Numbered from the whole stretch's first letter, positions 1 to 11,339 are shown. The stretch is 63,856 bases of DNA, filler included, from Octopus bimaculoides (GCF_001194135.2; 7 parts of 6 records of this genome joined end to end with filler, not necessarily neighbours in it), one strand, 5' to 3'. The notes: generated by a model not told the origin, from the sequence alone. A program made the numbers and translations.

Positions 1-129
1 TATGTATGTATGTATGTATGTATGTATGTATGTATGTATGTATTATGTATGTAATATAATATAATATAATATAAATGAATAACAAAAATGTACAGGTGTC
101 AATTCATTACACCCGTTTCAAGCCGACTC

Positions 130-1050
130 CTCTACTTGATTAATGAAAACATTACATCATTTGAAAGAAACCGTTCTCGCCAGATGACCGCATAGACTTC
201 AAACATAAAATACATAACCATTTCCTTAACATATTCATATATAATGGAACTCAAAATATTCACATTGTTTCTTTCGTCATATCTGTGGCAGAGTGAGTTT
301 AGAAAATAACGCATACCTTGTTAAGTCTACGTGGGTCGGGATTAAAAGAGTACAGACCTAGTTACTTATATTTAAAAGACTTTACGTAGAATGTAGTCTT
401 CAACCATTTAGAATCAAATCCCTTTGGTGTTGTCAACTGTATTCTAGTTAATGGTGATAAAACAATTAATGCCAGACAATCTGCTAGTCTCTCAATGTAC
501 TGGAACCATATATCTAGCTTTATCTACACAAAAGGGTAAGTCGCAGGGTTAGCAGTAAGAGAATGCCTAGTGGGGAAGAGGTGATAAATGAAGTAGAGAA
601 GGATAGGGGTGGTCAATACTTATTTTGATTATCATATCTAAGGGGAATATAATGAAAAATCAAAAGGGATAAGTAACATAAACTTTAGGGGTGGAATTTA
701 GAATTGAAGGATACAGAAGGTAGTGAAATATAACTTAGCAAATTTATAATATTGAATTGAGAAAATTTATATCAACACATAGAATAAGGATAGAAATTAA
801 ATTTAAGAACTTATAATGGGATACTTTAATATTTAAGAAAAACTATTAAGACTTTTCCTAAACTTAGATCATGATAATGATATTCTATAATGAATGTACG
901 ATGGAATTAAATTATTATATGAATAGAAATACATGGTATATTTTAAACTAATATAAGAACTATTCTCTTCATTACGGGTGAATAAAAATAAGATATCGTA
1001 AAAGATGGTATCCAATATACGGGGTAATTGAATTAGAGGTATACTAAATG
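130..1050 (-). mobile_element. Highly decayed Tx1/L1-clade LINE ORF2 C-terminal relic
   Basis: Minus-strand translation gives YFIYHLFPTRHSL...YPF (resembles the zf-RVT region) and FEVYAVIWRERF (resembles L1/Tx1 C-termini). Many stops; family assignment from motif memory only. Confidence 0.4.
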
Positions 1051-1057
1051 TATAAGG

Positions 1058-1280
1058 GTGGAGGCGCGTGGCTTAGTGGTTAGGGTGTCAGCATCATGAT
1101 CGTAAGATTGTAGTTTCGATTCCTGGACCGGGCGACGCGTTGTGTTCTTGAGCAAAACACTTCATTGCACGTTGCTCCAGTTCACTCAGCTGGCAAAAAT
1201 GAGTAATGCTGCGATGGACTGGCGTTCTGTCCAGCTGGGGAACACATACGCCATTGAAACCGGGAAACCGGGCCCATGAG
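1058..1280 (+). mobile_element. tRNA-derived SINE, family D (V-domain-like), 3-prime truncated
   Basis: Head GGAGGCGCGTGGCTTAGTGGTTAG (A box) and GTTTCGATTCC (B box), then GTTCTTGAGCAAAACAC...GCTCCAGTTCACTCAGCTG...GCGATGGACTGGCG. Related copy at 8490-8875 on minus. Confidence 0.75.
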
Positions 1281-2119
1281 GAGAAGTTCGAGACTTAGCA
1301 ACCCATTGTAAAATTTGTTATACTAACAACAGGGGAAGATAATCCTAATACTGAAGCAGTAAATATATATAATATAATTATTGAAAGTTTATAGATTAAA
1401 GGGGTTATGTGTTATTAGAAAGCATGCACGAACCACAGTGCTCTCTCTTCCTAGCGTGCAGCTTCCTGTCTCGGACACGTGAGCATGCTCACAACAGCCA
1501 AAACACCGCGTCGCTGGAACTGTGAAGCGCACACATCTATACAAGGATTTTTAAAGAAAAAAGGACTCTATATTGAATGTTATCGATAATATCAAGTGGA
1601 AATAGGGGGTACTTCAGTTCCGCAGTTCCTATACACGAGCCTCCACTGGTTAATATACAACTGAGAATCCCAAATTTATTATTTTGCGTGCGTGGACTCC
1701 GGTTGAGAACCACTGTTCTGCATGGTTATTAGAGTTGCTAGAAATAGCAGCCAAAATTACTTCGAATCACACTAAACCGCTTTAAAATTTGATAAAGTAA
1801 AACTAGTTAAAGTTTTACATTGGATAATAAAAAATTGTGGATGCGCAAACAGTTTAATCAGAGCCCTCGCTGGAGCTATTTAAACTTCGTTGTTTGTATT
1901 TTCAGAGCTTCATTGTTGAGATTATTGGAGTTCTGGTGCTATAAGAGCTCTATTTTTTGTGTTGCTGGCGCTCCCTCATTGGGGCTCGTGGAACTCCCTC
2001 AGGAATACATGACAAGCTGCTTCTACAACATCAAAAGCAAAATTATTTTCGCCATGTTAATTACTTTAGTCAACGCAAAACTTTCATCTTTATTCTTCTC
2101 TACCTCCTTGTATACAACA

Positions 2120-2260
2120 TATTGCTTTCAAATGTTGGCACAAGGCCAGCAATTTCGAGAGAGCAAGTAGGTCGATTACATCAGCCCAGCGTTCTACAGG
2201 TACTTATTTTATCGACTGCGTTGGGATCAAGATCAAAGTCGACCTCGGCGGAATATGAAC
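2120..2260 (-). mobile_element. SINE family B fragment
   Basis: Reverse complement of TTCCGCCGAGGTCGACTTTG...GTCGATAAAATAAGTACC...CTGGG..GATGTAATCGAC seen in the other family B copies. Confidence 0.65.
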
Positions 2261-2619
2261 CCTTCCGTAACATGCGCGCGCAGACAGTGAACCCTTCCGT
2301 AACAGTGAACCCTTCCGTAACATGCGCGCGCAGACACACACGCACGAACGAAATTTTTATCAAATCACATTCTCGAAAACTATATGCAGAATTCACGATA
2401 TAGCGCAGTTCTGGGTACAGTATGCAAATAAACAAATAAATATGGGTTGGTCACGGCCGAGATTTCTGCCGAGCAATAGAGAGTCAACACATGATTACGA
2501 ACGGCCATACTGACCGATCAACAACGAACGTGAGAATAGTTCGAAGCCGACGATTTGGCACAAAACATACAATAAAGTAATCGCATAGCTAAGTGCACAC
2601 TGGCATAATATTCTCACTG

Positions 2620-2620
2620 T

Positions 2621-2671
<51 letters not shown>

Positions 2672-2930
2672 CACACACATATACACTCACGAGTATATAC
2701 ACATACATACAACTCACGCACATATGCACCAACAATTACACAAACACACATATACGCAATTACACACAATCACACACAAACACGACACATATACATACAT
2801 ACACACACATATACGCACACACACACATATACACATACACTTGCATATATACACACACACAAACACACACACACACACACACCCACAAACACACACACAC
2901 ACACACACACAAGACGAAACACACAAACCT
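2620..2930. repeat. (CA)n and degenerate CA/TA microsatellite
   Basis: Directly visible; explains the HT/CV-repeat ORFs. Confidence 0.95.
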
Positions 2931-2933
2931 TAC

Positions 2934-2994
2934 TTAAGACATTGAGAAGCTCACAATAAAAACGTAGCGCAGTAGAAACCGGAAATGTCGCCAT
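2934..2994 (-). CDS. Candidate first coding exon (MATFPVSTALRFYCELLNVL), product unknown
   Basis: ATG in ATAATGGCG context at 2994, 20 codons plus 1 nt, then donor GTAAGG at 2933. An upstream in-frame ATG at 3111 would add a hydrophobic leader. CpG-rich surroundings. Confidence 0.35.
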
Positions 2995-3394
2995 TATTCT
3001 TTGAAGTCCTTCAATCCCTACAATAATGAGTTTGTAGACCGGAAGAAGAGCGTGAAGAAAGAACACAATAGTAACAACCAGCACACAAACGACGCGTCGC
3101 TGAGAAAGCATCTAAGCGGTTACGTAACATGCTAGAAATAGCAGGCAAACCTTTGTAAGTCTTGTCCAAGAGGCTTTGAAAAAGAACACATTAAATAACG
3201 TAGCCCGGAAATTCCAAAACCCCCTGCGATAAGTGAAAATCCGCGTCGCAGGAACATTACTGCTCTGTATATTTTGGGGGATTATTTTCATAATTTGTAT
3301 AAATTTATTTTATTATAAATGTAAAACAACTCTATGGACGAATCGATTAAACTTACATAATAAACCGCGATATGCCGAGATATTACTGAATTCT

Positions 3395-3535
3395 TTCGTA
3401 TATTTCAATCATTTGACTGCGGCTATTCTGGAGCACCGTCTTTAGTAGAACAAATCGACCCCAGAACTTATTCTTTGTGAGCCTACTATCTACTCTATCG
3501 GTTCCTTTTTGCCGAACCGCTATGTTATGGGGGCG
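3395..3535 (-). mobile_element. SINE family A 3-prime half
   Basis: TTTCAATCATTTGACTGCGGC..TGGAGCACCG...CAAATCGACCCCAG.ACTTATTCTTTGT.AGCCTA matches the reverse complement of the tail of 5724-6125. Confidence 0.75.
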
Positions 3536-3560
3536 TATATATGTTTATGTATATATGTAT

Positions 3561-3787
3561 GATTGTTCAGTTTTATTTCAAGAGTTCTTGCCAATAGAGA
3601 AAGAGCCGGTTTCTAACCCAGATTCAAGGCTCCTTCATTGAAATTTCAACATCAGCAATATGGTAATTTTTTTTTTATGTATGTATGTCATTATTCAGTT
3701 TATTTCAAGATTTCTTGCCAATAGAGAAAGAACCGGTTTCTAACCTAAGCTTCTTCATTGGAATTTCAACATCAACAACAGGGTATC
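3561..3787 (+). repeat. Two adjacent ~100 bp copies of a short repeat
   Basis: TTCAG..TTATTTCAAGA.TTCTTGCCAATAGAGAAAGA.CCGGTTTCTAACC...CTTCATTG.AATTTCAACATCA occurs at about 3561-3665 and 3690-3787. Confidence 0.85.
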
Positions 3788-3914
3788 TTTTTATGTGTGT
3801 ATCTATGTATGTATGTATGTATGCATGCATGCATGTATGTATGTATGTGCAGATTTGTATGTTTTATGTATGTATTCTCATGCAATGAAAGCAACTTCAT
3901 CGAAAGACAAAATT

Positions 3915-4080
3915 GTTGCATACCTTTCCTGGCCTCGCTCTAAGGAGTAGTGTTTAAACCTTTCCCTGTAGCTGGTCTGTTGCACTGAGGCAATATTCTT
4001 CGTGTACAAACATTGGATTGCTTCATGTTCCGCCGTTAGTTTTCCATTATGTGGTGACCGTAATTGGGAGTAATAATCAG
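3915..4080 (-). mobile_element. CR1/L2-type LINE RT C-terminal fragment
   Basis: Translates DYYSQLRSPHNGKLTAEHEAIQCLYTKNIASVQQTSYRERFKHYSLERGQERYA, matching the CR1-like pattern DYCSQLWSP...LEAIQR.YT...SYWERL..L..YSLERRRERY. Confidence 0.8.
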
Positions 4081-4087
4081 AGAACTC

Positions 4088-4290
4088 ACTGGCAGAGACG
4101 TTAGCACGCCGGGCGAAAAGCTTAGCGGTATTTCGTCTGTCTTTATGCTCTGAGTTCAAATTCCGTTGAGGTCGACTTTGTCTTTCATCCTTTCGGGGTC
4201 GATAAATTAAGTATTGAGGTCTGTGTAATTGACTGGCCCTTGCCCCCAAAATTTCGGGCCTGGTGCCTAGAGCAGAAAAGAATATTTATT
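4088..4290 (+). mobile_element. tRNA-derived SINE family B
   Basis: CTGGCAGA..CGTTAGCACGCCGGGCGAAA.GCTTAGCGGTATTTCG...GAGTTCAAATTCC...GTCGACTTTG.CTTTCATCCTTTCGGGGTCGATAAA; more than ten copies in the window. Confidence 0.85.
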
Positions 4291-4904
4291 ATTCCCCATG
4301 ATAACGTACCCAAATTTCCCGACTGGCAAAGTCATCCCGTTAGAAACTAAAGACAACTGCAGACAAAACACTCCAACAGCACCATTCTGCAGAAACAATC
4401 TATCAACAAGACATATCACAAGAACAGCCAGAACAGCCGGAACAAAAATAGGAACATTAGCCAACATGTATTACGAAATATACAGCAAAAGATTATCATC
4501 GTCATCATAGTCGCCATCATCGTCATCACAACCATCATCATCACTATCTTCATCATCATCATCATCATTCTACTTCCACTTCCCATTTTTGGCATCTACA
4601 TCGACAGCTGTAACAAATCCCGCACAAAATTGCATGAAATGCTATAATGAATTCTCTTATCCTACATCAAACAGATTCTTTTATTAAATATTTTTCTGGA
4701 TATTTACCATCAAATATCACACCCAAACAAAACAAAAAACTATAACTAAAAATTCTTTTTTTTTTTTACTCAAATACCAAAAGGACAATGCCAAATTCTT
4801 TTAAAAAGCTCCAAATCTGAACAAATGAGAACTATGCACCAACTACAAATAGTAACGGAAAGAATTATTACATTAATCAACGAACGAGTTTTAAAATCGA
4901 TAAA

Positions 4905-5286
4905 ATTATTGTTGGCAATCCGTCGCTAACGACGTCGAGGGTTCCAGCTGATCCGATCAACGGAACAGCCTGCTCGTGAAATTAACGTGCAAGTGGCTGA
5001 GCACTCCACAGACACGTGTACCCTTAACGTAGTTCTCGAAGAGATTCAGCGTGACACAGTGTGACAAGGCTGACCCTTTGAATTACAGGCACAACAGAAA
5101 CAGGAAGTAAGAGAAAGTTGTGGTGAAAGAGTAAAGTAGGGTTCGCCACCATCCCCTGCCGGAGCCTGGTGGAGCTTTAGGTGTTTTCGCTCAATAAACA
5201 CTCACAACGCCCAGTCTGGGAATCGAAACCGCAATCCTATGACCGCGAGTCCGCTGCCCTAACTACTGGGCCATTGCGCTTCCACT
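4905..5286 (-). mobile_element. Full-length tRNA-derived SINE family C
   Basis: Reverse complement of GGA.GCGCAATGGCCCAGT.GTTAGGGCAGCGGACTCGCGG...TTTCGATTCCCAGAC, ending in GACGGA.TGCCAACAA. Closely similar to 29137-29525 and 57177-57557. Candidate TTTTATC duplication on both flanks. Confidence 0.9.
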
Positions 5287-5345
5287 GATAAAAGCATAAC
5301 ACTTCATTAACAAAACCCGACTCGAATTTGCAGTTCACAAATGCG

Positions 5346-5347
<2 letters not shown>

Positions 5348-5399
<52 letters not shown>
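5348..5399. repeat. Poly(T) run of about 52 nt
   Basis: Directly visible. Confidence 0.95.
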
Positions 5400-5402
<3 letters not shown>

Positions 5403-5404
5403 AT

Positions 5405-5625
5405 GAACATTAGGGCGGTTAGCTGGTAGAATCGTTAGCACACAGAGCAAAATACTTAGCCGCATTTTTGTCTGTTCTGAGTTCAAATTCCGTCGAGATC
5501 GATTTTGCCTTTCGTCCTTTCTGGATCGATAAAATAAATAAATACCAGTTGAACACTGGGGTCGATGTAATCGACTTACCCATTCTCCCGAAATTGCTGG
5601 CCTTGTGCTAAAATTTGAAACCATT
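5405..5625 (+). mobile_element. SINE family B
   Basis: Same head and GTCGA.TTTGCCTTTC.TCCTTTC.GG.TCGATAAA core as 4088. Confidence 0.85.
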
Positions 5626-5723
5626 TCCTATAAAGCCTCGTCCTTAATAATATCAAGTCTTTTTCAAAGTCGCAACATATACGGAAACCTCTACATTAAA
5701 CCACAAACATAAAAAGAATACAC

Positions 5724-6125
5724 AGGCGTAGGAGTGGTTGTGTGGTAAGTACCTTGCTTACGAACCACATAGTTCGGGGTTCAGTCCTACTGCGCGGCAC
5801 CTTGGACAAATGTCTTCTACTATAACCTCGGGCCGACCGAAGCCTTGTGAGTCGATTTCGTAGACGGAAACTGAAAGCCCGTCGTATATATGTATATATA
5901 TATATGTGTGTGGGGGGTGTATGCTTGTGTGTTTCTGTTTGTCCCCCCAACATCGCTTGACAACCGATGCTGGTGTGTTTACGTCTCCGTAACTTAGCGG
6001 TTCAGTAAAAGGGACGATAGAATAAGTACTAAGCTTACAAAGAATAAGTCCTGGGGTCGATTTGTTCGACTAAAGGTAGTGCTCCGGCATGGCGAAAGTC
6101 AAATGACTGAAACAAGTAAAAGAGC
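5724..6125 (+). mobile_element. Near full-length tRNA-derived SINE family A (CORE-like GGCACCTTGG.CAA.TGTCTTC segment, internal microsatellite)
   Basis: AGGCGTAGGAGTGG.TGTGTGGTAAGT..CTTGCTTACGAACCACAT.GTTC.GGGTTCAG head, central GACGGAAACTGAAAG.CCCGTCG(TA)n, tail GACTGAAACAAGTAAAAGAG. Confidence 0.9.
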
Positions 6126-6500
6126 GGTTCTGGTTTCGGTCCTACTTCGTAGCACCTTGGGCAAAGTATCTCCTACTACAGACTCGACCTACCAAAGTCT
6201 TGTAAGTGGATTTCTAGACGGAAACTGAAAGTAGCCCGTCGTTTGTGTGTGCGCGCACGCGTGCATGTGTGTGTGTGTGTGTGTTTGTGTCTGTGTTTGC
6301 CCCACCACCACCACCGCTTAATAACTGGTATTGGTGTGCTTACGTTCTCGTAATTTAGCGACTCGGCAAAAGATACCGATAGAATAAGTACCAGGTTTTA
6401 AAAACCAAGCACTGCAGCCGAATCGTTCGACTAAAATTCTTCAAAGCGTTGCCCCAGCAGGGCCGCAGTTCAATGACTGAAATAAGTAAAAGATAAAAGA
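6126..6500 (+). mobile_element. Second, 5-prime-truncated family A SINE in head-to-tail tandem
   Basis: Same segments repeat in order immediately after the first copy. Confidence 0.8.
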
Positions 6501-6966
6501 TAAAAGAATTGTTTAAGTAACAGCCCGCAACAACAACAACAGCAACAACAACAAGGCCGCACCATTTTAAGTACGAATGACACGACCACCTGTTGTCTAT
6601 TTATACATAAAATATCTGACACCTCTTTAAGAAAACACATAAAACATTGGTGAGTGAATTGTCTCTTAGGTCGCCAAGAAATTGTATAATAAAATAACCT
6701 TTCCAAGAAGCGTAATTTCCAGTAAGATGTACAGCAATGATACATTTTATCACCTAATCTTTTTAACTTATACCACCTACTAACGCTTCAGAATATGTAT
6801 ACTGTCCCATAGGTAGAATTATTGCCCTACATACAGATTGAACAACTGCTTCGATCTTAGGTGAAGCTTCTAGAAACTTGCTCCAAACAAACAGGCTGAA
6901 ATGTTCACCTTCTGAACACGCCATTTCTGTTCTGACCAGCAAACAAAACATATAGGTACACTGTGG

Positions 6967-7262
6967 CATAATTTCTTTTACTCAACAGGCCCTGCTCTGT
7001 TTAACATTGTCCCGAAACCGATAAAAGAGGTAAAGCATCCTATCAGCTTTAAACGGAGTCTAGACAGATTTCTTCAAGGAATACTAGACAAGCCACCCAT
7101 ACCTGGATACAACTCACTCAATAAGAACTCACTACATGAATGGACCATAAGCAAAACTTGACTGTAAAAAGGATTTAGATAATCCTATCAGGTGGTGCTA
7201 TTAAGTTAGACATGGCCTGGACCAATCTTTAGTCGAAACATATCTAGGTTTTATCTAAGTTT
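6967..7262 (+). mobile_element. CR1/L2-type LINE 3-prime end
   Basis: Open frame HNFFYSTGPALFNIVPKPIKEVKHPISFKRSLDRFLQGILDKPPIPGYNSLNKNSLHEWTISKT* (6967-7161), typical of CR1-group ORF2 termini, followed by a short UTR ending in TATCTAGGTTTTATCTAAGTTT. Confidence 0.85.
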
Positions 7263-7284
7263 TAACATTTATAACAGCCGTAAC

Positions 7285-7640
7285 TAATGTGGGTGTTTAA
7301 GAGAATGCTACGAGTCTCTTACAAGGATCCTCTGACAAATGAATGGGTGTTATTACATCAAGTAGGTGGAAAGCGACGACTCCTGGACATTGTGAAGAAC
7401 TAAAGCTCTTTTATCTATTAAAGCCATATAAAAATACAAAGGCAGAGGTCTGGCAAACATTGTCAGGGAAGGAAGAGTAGGGGGTAGGAGGTCAAGAGGC
7501 AAGCAAAGAACACATTGGATGGAAAGGGTGACAAGGGAAGCTGCTAAACTGGAGCTTAATCGGGAAGATTTTCGTTGTAGCGCCATCGTCACCAATATGC
7601 TGCTAGCATACAATACACGACGACGACAACGACAACGAAC
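7285..7640 (+). mobile_element. RTE-clade LINE 3-prime end
   Basis: KRMLRVSYKD..TNE.V and EGRVGGRRSRGKQRTHWME motifs with frameshifts; ends in a (CGA)n tail. Confidence 0.8.
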
Positions 7641-7839
7641 TAGCCATCTCAACAATACTCCAGAGGGAGAGGAGCCATCAGTGATTTGTTTTTTCCTCCA
7701 GTTTTGCCTAAGCACCCAACATCTTGTTATAAAATAACACAATAAACCATTACAAATTATAAATTATTTTTTAAAATGTTCTTTGCAAAGACGTTGCGTA
7801 ATTTGAAATCTCCGGTTTGAAACACAGATGTGTCATTCA

Positions 7840-8225
7840 TACGGTATTTCGTCTGCCTCTACGTTCTGAGTTCAAATTCCGCTGAGGTCGACTTTGCCTT
7901 TCATCCTTTCGGGGTCAATAAATTAAGTACCAGTTGCGTACCTGGGTCGATGTAATCGACTTAATTTCTTTGTCTGTCCTTGTTTGTCTCTTCTATGTTT
8001 AGCCCCTTGTGGGCAATAAAGAAATAAGAAACGTTAGCACGCCGGACGAAATGCTTAGCGGTATTTCGTCTGTCTTTACGTTCTGAGTTCAATTTCCGCC
8101 GAGATCAACTTTGCCTTTCATCTTATCGGGGTCGATACATCAAGTACCAGTTGCGTACTGGAGTCGATCTAATCCACTGGTCCCCATCCCCCAAAATTTC
8201 AGGCCTTGTGCCTAGAGTAGAAAAG
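7840..8225 (+). mobile_element. Two tandem family B SINE copies (about 7840-7960 and 8025-8225)
   Basis: Two successive occurrences of CGGTATTTCGTCTG...GAGTTCAA.TTCCGC.GAG.TC.ACTTTGCCTTTCATC. Confidence 0.85.
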
Positions 8226-8489
8226 TTTCTCTAAATGGCTATCACTAGAGTATCATCGAGACGCACAACACATCTTAGGTTTTCAGAAAATACAGATAAT
8301 ACAAGAGATGACATATTAGCAACAAAACTATATTCTCTCGACTTCTAAACGACTCAGACCACATATATGCCTTACGAAATCAACTACAATAAATCTTCTC
8401 GAAACAATGCCAAATGCTCCAAGACAACGAACGATCCACGAGAATCACATCGCAAACAATCTTTGAATTGTCTCCTAACCATCTAGCAA

Positions 8490-8875
8490 TTGCTATTACT
8501 CATACTCGACTCCATCCGTCACGAATGGTCATGGGTGGACCTAAGAGGTTCCCCTCCGGGGTACAAGTCTGGACGGAAAGTCACCTCACCGGCGAACGCT
8601 CAACCCAGGGTTGTTTTTATGGAAGACCAGCAGTCGCCCATCCATACCAACTTCCCTTCTCCACGCCACCGATGTTATTCCAAGGGAAAGGCAAAGGGGC
8701 CGATGCAGTTTGGCATCAGAGGCGACGCAACTCATTTCTACAGCTGAGTGAACTGGAGCAACGTGAAATAAATTGTCTTACTCAAGAACACTACACGCAG
8801 CCCGGTCCAGAAATCGAACTCACAACCTCACGATCGTAAGTTCGACGCTGTAACCACTGAGCCAAGCGCCTTCAC
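8490..8875 (-). mobile_element. tRNA-derived SINE family D-related, long copy
   Basis: Minus head GAAGGCGCTTGGCTCAGTGGTTA...GAGTTCGATT.CTGGACCGGGC, then GCTCCAGTTCACTCAGCTG shared with 1058-1280. Confidence 0.8.
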
Positions 8876-9004
8876 ATTATTATTATAACATACTCTTAGA
8901 TAAGAAAGACTAAAAATCCGGCTCCGAAACGACAGATTCAATGTAGTTCCTGTCAAATCTCTTTCTGAAACAGGTCTCCTTTTTACCAGAACCATCCAAG
9001 AGTA

Positions 9005-9105
9005 TTGGATAGAATCAACCTTGGTGGAATTTGAACTCTGAACGTAAAGACAGGCGACAAACTGCGAAGCATTTCGTCCGACGTGCTAACGTTTCTGCCA
9101 GCTCG
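9005..9105 (-). mobile_element. SINE family B 5-prime fragment
   Basis: GGAATTTGAACTC.GAACGTAAAGAC...CGTGCTAACG.TTCTGCCAGCTCG. Confidence 0.75.
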
Positions 9106-9663
9106 CAATAAATCAAAACTACACACAAACATCCTTAGAGCATTTAAAATCAGTGGGTCCCAAACTTTTTCGGGCTGCCTCCCCACTTGACACCCAGTCG
9201 ACATATCTAGTGCCCCCACCCCAACTAACCGTCACAAACAGACCTCTTTCTGAAGCAAATTCAAAGCAACTGTATTTAACGAACAAAGCTTAACCTTATT
9301 TGGTTGTTTTTGCATGAATCACTACCCCGTTATCGCCCTACTTTTCTTCAACGCCACCTTGGAACTTTCCACCCGCACCCCACCCCCAGGGAGGAGCAAT
9401 ATCGCCCACTTTGGGAAGCATTGATTTACATGACACACATTCGACCAACAGAAACAGCAACAAAACTGTTGCACTAGTAAAACAATATGCCAATCCCATC
9501 TCATGTCTAAAGGATTCCTTAACAATCCACAATATGCTTCAAATCACACAATACACAACACTGCTTATCCTCTAAGGTTTACTTACACGCATCCCACTCA
9601 AAGTCCACCTACACAGCAAAGCGAAATTACTAAAAATAAAACTACCACATAAACAGGATACAG

Positions 9664-9900
9664 TTTGTTAATGTAGCAAATTTTAGTCATGGCAACCTTC
9701 TACAATGAAGGAAAAATTATATCCGAACCAATGTGTTAATGTAACAAATTTTAGACATTACAGCCTTCTACAATGAAGGAAAAATTATATCCGAACCAAT
9801 GTGTTAATGTAGCAAATTTTAGACATGACAGCCTTTCACACAAAAGGAAAAGTTACCCTACATCCACCACATTTGTTAATGCAACAAATTTTAATCATGT
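9664..9900. repeat. Minisatellite, 68 bp unit, about 3.4 copies
   Basis: GTTAATG(T/C)A.CAAATTTTA starts at 9667, 9735, 9803 and 9875. Confidence 0.95.
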
Positions 9901-10172
9901 TCACCATTCTGATTTTTATCAAGTAAAGTTAAATAATTAGATACAGCCCTAAGAATGAAGACAATATTGTCACATAGTTAATGTGTCTTGTTCAAGAGCG
10001 TGTTAGCTGCCGGAATTCGACAAGGAAGTAGTATTAATATCAAAAGGTAATCTTTATATCTAACTAAATATGGATGACTTCGCTAGAACATCCAACATGT
10101 CTTTTTTTAAGACGACAGAATCTGACTTCAGGAATATTTGGTCATTAATTCTAGCAGATCGATTGGACATAC

Positions 10173-10272
10173 CTGAATACATACTTGCATACGTAAGTGA
10201 CTGCAATATTTTCTTAAAAAGTTCAGCTGGGGTTAGGGAAGCACAGAGCCTATATCCTTTGCGGGAGAACTC
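10173..10272 (-). CDS. Candidate internal coding exon (EFSRKGYRLCASLTPAELFKKILQSLTYASMYS), product unknown
   Basis: Acceptor CCTTATTTTGCCTTCCACTGGTCTAG, 100 nt open frame (phase 0 in, phase 1 out), donor CAG/GTATGT. Confidence 0.5.
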
Positions 10273-10869
10273 CTAGACCAGTGGAAGGCAAAATAAGGCT
10301 ATATATATACACAAACTAAAGTCTTTCTTCGAATTTTTACAACAGATTGGAATGACACCGCCAAAATAATCCGAGGCAGGTGGTTGGGTCAATGAGGAAT
10401 AAGGTTTCCCGATAGGTTACCATGTGGTTTCTTTCTATTAAGTTTGCTTACTAAAGCTTTGATCAATCCAATGATTATTGTAGGAGATACTTGTACAAAG
10501 TAGATACTTGTACAAAATCGAAATAAGTAGTTGCAAAGTGTACTTCTTAACAACGAAGTCGTGTCTACGCTGCACACCATGCAAACAGGAACACTGCACT
10601 CTATACATCTATGCGTAACACCTACCAAGACGTAGAGAATACGACATATACCTATCCATTTATTACCTATCCTGTTATTAATGGACTTCTCTAACAACAC
10701 AACTATTTCTTTCACTGTTTGAGTAAGTGTACCGTACCAAACTATCACCCGCTTTCTGTGGAGACATGCGTATAGGGGAGAGAGAAATATATATATGTTC
10801 GTACGTGTATATACATACATGTGCGTGTGTGTGCAAAAATTTCTCCTATGTATCTTCTGCATGAAAAGT

Positions 10870-11110
10870 GCGTACCTCCAGGAACTTCTAGACAGGTATT
10901 ACATATCTGTATTGCATATCTTTCCTGTCCTCGCTCTACGGAGTAGTGTTTTAACCTTTCCCCGTAGCTGGTCTGTTGCACTGAGGCAATATTCTTCGTG
11001 TACAAGCGTTGGATTGCTTCATGTTCCGCCGTTAGTTTCCCATTATGTGGTGACCTTAAATGGGAGTAATAATCTAAATAGCTGAGGAAAGATGTCCTCT
11101 GGAGAATCAT
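10870..11110 (-). mobile_element. CR1/L2-type LINE RT C-terminal fragment
   Basis: LDYYSHLRSPHNGKLTAEHEAIQRLYTKNIASVQQTSYGERLKHYSVERGQERYAIQI; near-identical to 3915-4080. Confidence 0.8.
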
Positions 11111-11339
11111 CATAGATTCCTCTCACCACATTCTGAAAGTTCTTAGAATCCAGCCTATTAGTAGTCTACTCTCAATTGCCATCTTGTGAATATGCACATG
11201 AAAAGATACATCATTACTCATATTAATTAATGTTCTGGTCACGAACTCATTATGTTTCTGGGACTATAGCACCTCTTTGTCCAGTGTATTTTTGTCAATA
11301 TTTAACTTTGTATGTTGATAGCGGAAGGTTTGGAATCGT

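Noticed and set aside
1058-1140. tRNA gene
   Set aside because: A and B boxes are present but there is no complete cloverleaf; it is a SINE head, as are the other tRNA-like segments.
1988-2010. TCC TGA on minus, resembling an antizyme +1 frameshift site
   Set aside because: The +1 frame stops within about 17 codons and there is no antizyme similarity.
9664-9900. CRISPR-like array
   Set aside because: Contiguous tandem units without unique spacers, eukaryotic context, no cas genes.
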